From: Octopus vulgaris
Taxonomy: Eukaryota
NCBI GenBank assembly: GCA_951406725.2
Contig: OX597830.1
Location: 73,408,001-73,472,000, forward strand
DNA: 64,000 nt
Direction: 5' to 3'
The notes beneath the pieces were generated by a model. That model ran no database searches, was not told the origin of the DNA, and worked only from the letters and a program-made list of their open reading frames with translations. The position numbers were made by a program, and so were the translations under genes. This document shows, piece after piece, positions 57,441 through 64,000 of this stretch. Position 1 is the first letter of the stretch. Every line of letters begins with the position of its first letter.

Positions 57441-58621
57441 ACGTGGTGTTTATTTACCCCCTGGGAAGAGAAATTTAGAAATATTAATATTTTTATTTGT
57501 GAAAACCAGTCGATGTGTTCCACTGAAAATATGTAAAATAAACCTTCGAACAGACAGTCAGTAGCGACGCCTGCTGGGTTCGGCTACTTCACATTGATAA
57601 GAGGCAATCACCCTGAAACTAGTCTGTGGATGTTGCACCAGCAAGAGGAAGCTGCTGACCTCCCTGTTCGAAGGTTGTAATGGTCTGTGTGTCACATGAC
57701 TAGCTAGAGGTGATGGCCTCTTGGAGCTAATCAACGTCAGCATTCGTCCTATTTTCCTAGACTGCTATGTTAGCTTGGCGATAACTATTAATATCCAGTG
57801 CTGCTAAAGTAGTCTCCTTTAGAGAGATTTAGAAATATTGATATGGCTGTTCGATGTTATAGGTGCAGCCTGCACCCTGAGTATATTGCAAGCAAGGGAG
57901 CGGACACCTTCCCATCCTCCAGCTGACGACGAGATCGCGAGACCGACTCAGTTTCGGTCTATCTCTGATAATCCTCAGTCACAAACACCCGGCCGCTAGA
58001 GAGATGACAAGAGTCCACTCCAGCTCGAAATGTATAGAAAACAAAGCGATTATCGGTTACTGATTTACAACGAGCAAAGTAGCCAGTAAGAAAATCTATA
58101 TAAGGAATGAGATTAGTAACTATACTGACAAGTAAAGTTAATCGCCACATCCACATCAATATGGTTATTCATGGTCTAGGCAGGTCTTCCGCCATCTGAT
58201 TATAGGTTATAAGTGAGAGAGGGAAAGCGAGAGAGAGCCGAAATTGTAAAGGTAACTAGTGAAGGAATCAGATTTATGCACGTCCGTCTGCGCCATATTT
58301 TTGCTTTTCTTCTGTACCATTTTCGTTTCCTTGGTTCTGCTATCTGCAATATTATTTGTAGTGCAACACATCGTTTATGTTTCATCTACCTACCTACCTG
58401 TCTGTCTGTCTCTATATCTACCTATTTAACTATCTATCTATGTATACATACATACACATATGCATACATGCATGCATACTTACATACATACATACATATA
58501 CATGTACATATATATATATATATATATATCTGTGTATGTGTGTGTGCACACCCATACACAGACGCACACATTCTAAAGTATTTGTTTGCCCTCGGTAGAT
58601 ATTTCGGTGTTTTATATTTGT

Positions 58622-58640
58622 TTTGTTGTTGTTGTTGTTG

Positions 58641-58707
<67 letters not shown>
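58622..58707. repeat. (TGT)n(TAT)n microsatellite just upstream of the Lox4 splice acceptor
   Basis: Direct reading. Confidence 0.95.
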
Positions 58708-58708
<1 letters not shown>

Positions 58709-58726
58709 ATCATCCTCTAATTTCAG

Positions 58727-59070
58727 GTCCGAATTCATCGCAGCGCAGAAGAGGTCGGCAGACGTACAGTCGTTTCCAAACTTTGGAACTTGAAAAAGAA
58801 TTCCAGTACAACAACTACTTGACACGGAAGCGAAGGATTGAAGTGGCCCATGCGCTGAATTTATCGGAAAGACAGGTGAAAATCTGGTTCCAGAACCGAA
58901 GAATGAAATTAAAGAAAGAAAAACAACAGATTCGGGAATTAAACGTAGCCTGCCGCCCGAACGCAGGGAGATTAACAAACAATAGCAGTGATTCGGAGGA
59001 AAACGATGTGAAAGTCGAATTAAGAAAGAGCAACTTTGACTGTCAACCTCAATTATCTCCGACTACGTAA
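58727..59070 (+). CDS. Lox4: Terminal homeobox exon of a Hox gene, Lox4-like (Ubx/abd-A/Lox2/Lox4 group); partial CDS, upstream exon(s) not in window
   Basis: Acceptor TTTCAG|GT at 58721-58728 (phase 1, G|GT Gly). Frame reads [66 protein letters not shown] (homeobox 58744-58923), then the UbdA peptide QQIRELN, with stop TAA at 59068-59070. Q21, K29 and KLKKEKQQI fit Lox4 rather than Lox2 (KFNR, ELSH, KEKKELQAI). Confidence 0.9.
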
Positions 59071-59089
59071 CTACATGACAGAAAACGGT

Positions 59090-61767
59090 CACAGCAGGGA
59101 CCAAACGCCTTGCGGTATTTAGTTACGGAACTATATGTTCTGAATTGAAATCCCGCCGGGGTTAACTTTGCCTTTCATCCCTTCGGGGTCGATAAAATAA
59201 AGTACCAGTCGTGTACTGGGGTCGATGTAATCGACTGATCCTCCTCTCCCCGTCAGAATTGCTGGCCTTGTGCCGAACTTAGAAACAATCATCATCATCG
59301 ACGTTGTCATCATTCTCATCATCATCATCATCGTCATCATCATTGTCATCATCATCGTCGTCGTCGTTATCGTCATCATCGTGCTCGATTCTCGCCGAGG
59401 TCAACTTTGGGTTTTCATCCCTCCAGGGTCGATGAAAATGGAGTACCACTCAAGTACTTGGGTCGATATAATCGATTCAACTACTGTTCTTAATACTGCT
59501 GGCCATGTACCAAACTTAGTTACGAAATAATAAGAATTTTCATCTTCATCGTCACCACGTGGTCGATTCTAACTAAGTTTAACGTTGGCTTTCACAGATC
59601 CGAGGTCGAAAAAATTAAGTATCAGTTCTGAAATCCCAGTTCTCGATCAAAATGATCGGCTAAACCCTTTCCTCCCTCAAAATAATTTTTGAAATCATCA
59701 CACGCAGCCCTGTACCTCCCTTAAAAACTAATTACTAAAAATATATAACTATTATTATTGCTTAACGGCATTTCATCTGACTTTGCTGTCTGAGATCAAA
59801 TGTCGAAGTCATCTTTGCTTTTCATCCTTTCGCGGTCGATAAAATAAGTATCAGTTAAGCACTGGGGTCGATGTAATCGACTAGCCCTCCCCTCCGCGAA
59901 ATTTCAGACCTTTTACCGATACCAGAAATAATTATTAACATTATTGTTAGTGGACGAATGGCGACGAGCTGGCAGAATCGTTAGCATGCCAGCTAAAATG
60001 CTTAGCGGAATTTTGTCAGCCGCTACGTTCTGAGTTCAAATTCCGCCAGGGTTGACGTTACCTTTCATCCTTTCTGGGACGATAAATTAAGTACCATTTG
60101 AGTGTGGAGAGAAATTGATGTAATCGACTAGTCCTTTACCACCAAATTTTAGGCCCTCTACTTCCAGTACAGGGACGAAGTAGGAGAATGGTTTGTGATA
60201 TTTTGGGTGCATTTCAGTTTTTTTTATTCTGATTTCAAATACCATCACAGTCAACTTTAACTAACATCGTCTATTACGTTCCTCCAAAATTTCTGATCCT
60301 TTAGCAAATGTTACGAACAATTAGGGGCTGTAGATTTGTAGAACCATTAGAGCGATGAATAAAATCTGCTTGCAGTTTATGTTCCATCTCTTTACGTTTT
60401 GGGGTCCCTTGCCACCAAGGTAAGCTTTGTTTTTCATCCTGCACATAAAATAATGTACGAGTCAAATACTGTGGTAGGGAATTATCATAAAAGACACTAG
60501 CTTTCCTCTGAATAATTGGAGCCGAGTCAATCTAAGATTAAAAAAAAAAAAAAAAAGTTAAATTTCGTAGACGAACTGAAAGAATTATTTGCGGAATTCA
60601 ATTACCTTCTTTCGTTTTTCCGGGTCCGAAAATCCCTTGAGTCGAATTTGCGTGTTTGTCATATCCAGGTTGATTGATAAAGTAAACCCCAATTTAATAC
60701 TGCGAAACGGCGATTATGTTTAATTATCATATTTGGTGGCATATAAGACACCTGTCAACCCTGCCATACCGACGACCACACACAAAGAAAAAGTTCCCAA
60801 ACAATTACTCCGGGTCTTATATCCGAAGATGGGCCTCTCATGAGTTTATTTTGTCCCAGACGCTTTTTTTTTTTGAATAAGCGCTGCTGAAATTAGAGCG
60901 CATCTTATATGCCTGTTTGTCTTTTATTCCACCAAATACGATAATTACGTTTGTTCTCGGTTCCTCACTCTAAACAGCTGCAAGCCCCTTTGCTTTATGC
61001 TAACGATAGGAATAATAATAATTGTTTTTGATATAGGCACAAGGCCAACAATTTTAAAGGTGGAGGATTAGTTAAATTGACTCTAGTGTTTGACTTGTAT
61101 TTCACTAATCAACCCCGCAAAGATAAAAAGTAAAGTATCTTATATTACCATGGTTTTGTTGATAGGAGTCATGTGGCAGGTGTTGTACGCTTGAAAAATA
61201 TTTTATTTATATTTTGTTATTTTGCTTATATCATCTTCGTTCTCAAGTTACTTTAAAAAAAAAAATGAAAAACAAAAGTCTTAAAAGATTTTTTTTCTTT
61301 CGGGGTACAAAAAAGAAAAAAAGGTAAGGTATATAAAAGCAACGGTAACAACAACATAATGTTCCGATTGTATTGGTAGAATCGGCGAAGCAACAGATGA
61401 AATCGCCTTGAAGTATATTATTTATTCAAATCTCGTTACATCTTAGCCCTCTTTATCATTCTTTCGTTAACCTTGAGAAACAACCAAGCACTAGTGTCGA
61501 AGTAGATCCTTATTAGCTCCCTTCAAAAAAAAAAAAAAAAAAAGCTTGAGGCTTTGTGTCGGCAGAACCATTACCGTGCCGAACAAAATGCATAGTAAAT
61601 AGTAAATGCATCCATCTTCGTATTCTGAGTTCAAATTCCGTCGAGGTCGACTTTGTCTTCCATCCCTTTCGGGATCGATAAATTAAGTACGAGTGAAACT
61701 CTCGGATCGATGTAATCGGCTATCTGCCGCCTCAAAATTTCAGGCCTTGTGCCTTTAGTAGAAAGGA

Positions 61768-61798
<31 letters not shown>

Positions 61799-62330
61799 TA
61801 TTATTATTATTATTATTTCTACTGTATTTAGTTACGGCTTATTCATTTTACTCAAAGTTGACCTGCGGATTTAAATCACTCAGAGGTCAACATTATCTTT
61901 CATTCTCCAGGAATAGATTAACCAAATTAACAGTCAAGACCGATATGAATCAATCGCTTAATTCTGCTCCATAGAACTGTGGTATTGTTCCTGCATTGTT
62001 AGGAATTATAAAAATGGATAAAATCATTTGAAAGTTGAAAAAAAAAAAGCGCTTCTATTTGTTTTGAGACTTTCTGTTCTGTATTCAAATCTGGTAAAGG
62101 TCACCTCTTCCTTTCATCTTTCTGGAGTCGATAAAGTAAATTAACGATAAAGTAGTGGAGCCCTTGCACCTATGTTAGAGCGTCGAACAAAATGCTTTAC
62201 GGAAATTGCTTTGACTCTTTAAGTTCTCCCGTAGAGGTCAGCTTTGCCTTTCATCCTTCTGGTATGGAGACAATGAAGAACTCATCAAGTATTGGATTCG
62301 TTATGATAGACTAAAAGTTTGGGCCCCGTG
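59090..62330 (+). mobile_element. Array of degenerate family A SINE copies downstream of the Lox4 stop codon
   Basis: About a dozen CTTTCATCCTT...GTCGATAAA-like cores on +, and one minus copy near 61030-61140. Confidence 0.8.
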
Positions 62331-62858
62331 CCTCCAAGTTGAGGTTGTGATACCCTAATCCACGATATCATGGCCATGTTAACTCTGTTGAACATGAAAG
62401 GAACTTGTGCTTGTTTGGACTGGTTCGAGAGGATTATAATTTTATAGGTATAGTTTTGCTTTTCTAACAACGCACTATTTAACACTTGTATCCAAAACAC
62501 CTTCACAAAAGTTTATTTTCGTCAATAACTTGTCTTTTGTCTTTAATTCCAACCATTCCTATAGCGTCTACACAGCCAGTTGCAATTGCCATATCTTCCT
62601 TGGTTTTTACTCTCTCTCTCTCTCTCTTTCTTTCTCTCTCTTTCTCTCCCTTTCATTTCACAGGCTAATGTCACTGTTCTCTTTCCCGTTTTCTTTTTTG
62701 AAGTTGCAGTCCTTGTGTGTTTTTCTCATTGGTACAAAGTTTCATTTTTAATAATCTAGACCGGGTTCTGTTCGTAATATTTTTAATTAAAACTTTCAAT
62801 GGGTGAAATTACCCATGCGATTCCTGTGCATGAGTTTATGGGTGTGTTGGGGTGGGGG

Positions 62859-62891
<33 letters not shown>

Positions 62892-63066
62892 ATAGAAACA
62901 TTTATTCTTTTTTTAAGTTTTAGACTGCAAAAATGTGAACATATACGTTTTCTTCCACTACTGTCGTCCTTGCAAAAGTCGTACTATATATTCATACATA
63001 CACACACACACATACGTACATGCTCACATACATACATACTCACGCATACATGCATACACACACACA

Positions 63067-63110
<44 letters not shown>

Positions 63111-63111
<1 letters not shown>

Positions 63112-63360
63112 TGGAGCGCGTGGCTTAGTGGTTAGGGTGTCAGCATCATGATTGTAAGATTGTGGTTTCGATTCCTGGACCGGGCGATGCGTTGTGTTCT
63201 TGAGCAAAACACTTCATTTCACATTGCTCCAGTTCACTCAGCTGGCAAAAATGAGTAACGCTGCGATGGACTGGTGTCTCGTCCAGCTGCGGAACACATA
63301 CACCATTGGAACCGGGAAACCTGGCCCATGAGCCTGGCTAGGCTTTAAAAGGGTGCATCT
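63111..63360 (+). mobile_element. SINE family D (tRNA head, TTGAGCAAAACACTT core, V-like domain)
   Basis: TGGCTTAGTGGTTAGGG...GGTTTCGATTCC. Related diverged copies at about 3105-3265(-), 36900-37000(-), 47290-47510(+) and 53823-54005(+). Confidence 0.82.
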
Positions 63361-63419
63361 ATTTATTATTTTATATATATATATACACACACACACACAC
63401 AAATAAACATGTTCTTAAT

Positions 63420-63560
63420 AAAAGACAAATAAGACCCACTTTTTTTATATAAAAAAAATTGTCTCGAAAAATGGTCCCATTTTACACACTTGAATACTCT
63501 AAAAAAAAAATTTTTTCTCCTGAATATGCTCTGCAAAAAATAGGGTGCGACTAAGATGCC
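63420..63560. mobile_element. Degenerate pogo/Tc2-like DNA transposon end
   Basis: TAAGACCCAC ... TAGGGTGCGACTAAGA ... GTGCGTCTTTTATACGGCA resembles the TATAAGACGCAC/GTGCGTCTTATA subterminal motifs and TACGGTA terminus. Confidence 0.4.
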
Positions 63561-64000
63561 CGTGCGTCTTTTATACGGCATGTGTGTGTGTACGTGTGTG
63601 TACTTGAACGCTTCTCTCCTTTTACTCTCACGTCGTTCCAGTTTTACCCCATCTGATATTTTGCTACGTGGACAATCCGTTTTCCTTTGCTAAGTTACTG
63701 CTAAGACCATCAATGCTTTAGAACAATCATTCTCAGAATTTTTCTTTTTTTTTTATCAGCAGACAGCAGACGATGAACTCTTAATGTCTTTCATAGTCTG
63801 CGCACGTCTGACGTCACTTCCGTCCCTCTCAATTTATTCCACTTATTTGTTTCTACTTAATGACGAAACAAGTTTTCCTGGAATATGAGTTACAACTTGA
63901 CAATTCATTTTTTTTTTTTTTTCGTCTCACCTGGTTAGTTCGAGATCTGTGGCTCACCCAGGTATCATCGTGCAGGTAAACTTGCTTAGAATACATTCGT

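Noticed and set aside
58213-58726. 5' extension of the 285-aa ORF (MREGKR...CCCCYYYY)
   Set aside because: Stop-free read-through of intronic microsatellites. The real coding exon starts at the TTTCAG acceptor.
58430-59033. Antisense ORFs overlapping the homeobox
   Set aside because: Shadow frames of the sense exon and microsatellite.

Overview
AT-rich, microsatellite- and SINE-dense eukaryotic DNA. The repeat landscape and the homeodomain sequence suggest a coleoid cephalopod, most likely Octopus (inference). The only credible host coding sequence is a + strand terminal homeobox exon (58727-59070) of a central-class lophotrochozoan Hox gene, best matching Lox4 ([13 protein letters not shown]-arm, UbdA peptide QQIRELN). 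I found no hexapeptide (YPWM) exon upstream, so most of the window is probably one very large intron. It holds at least four tRNA-derived SINE families (some with clear TSDs and swapped 3' modules), a decayed hAT transposon, mariner and pogo/Tigger remnants, and long microsatellites. Nearly all ORF-track entries are microsatellite or SINE artefacts. The most notable unexplained signal is a set of hammerhead-ribozyme-like motifs. Several sit in ~200-nt pyrimidine-rich elements inserted in dinucleotide microsatellites (8559-8761, 25490-25700, a tandem pair at 34285-34695). A near-canonical type I hammerhead (23311-23404) ends a Penelope-like fragment whose junction is a 38-bp palindrome. SINE family letters A-D are my own labels and repeat boundaries are approximate.
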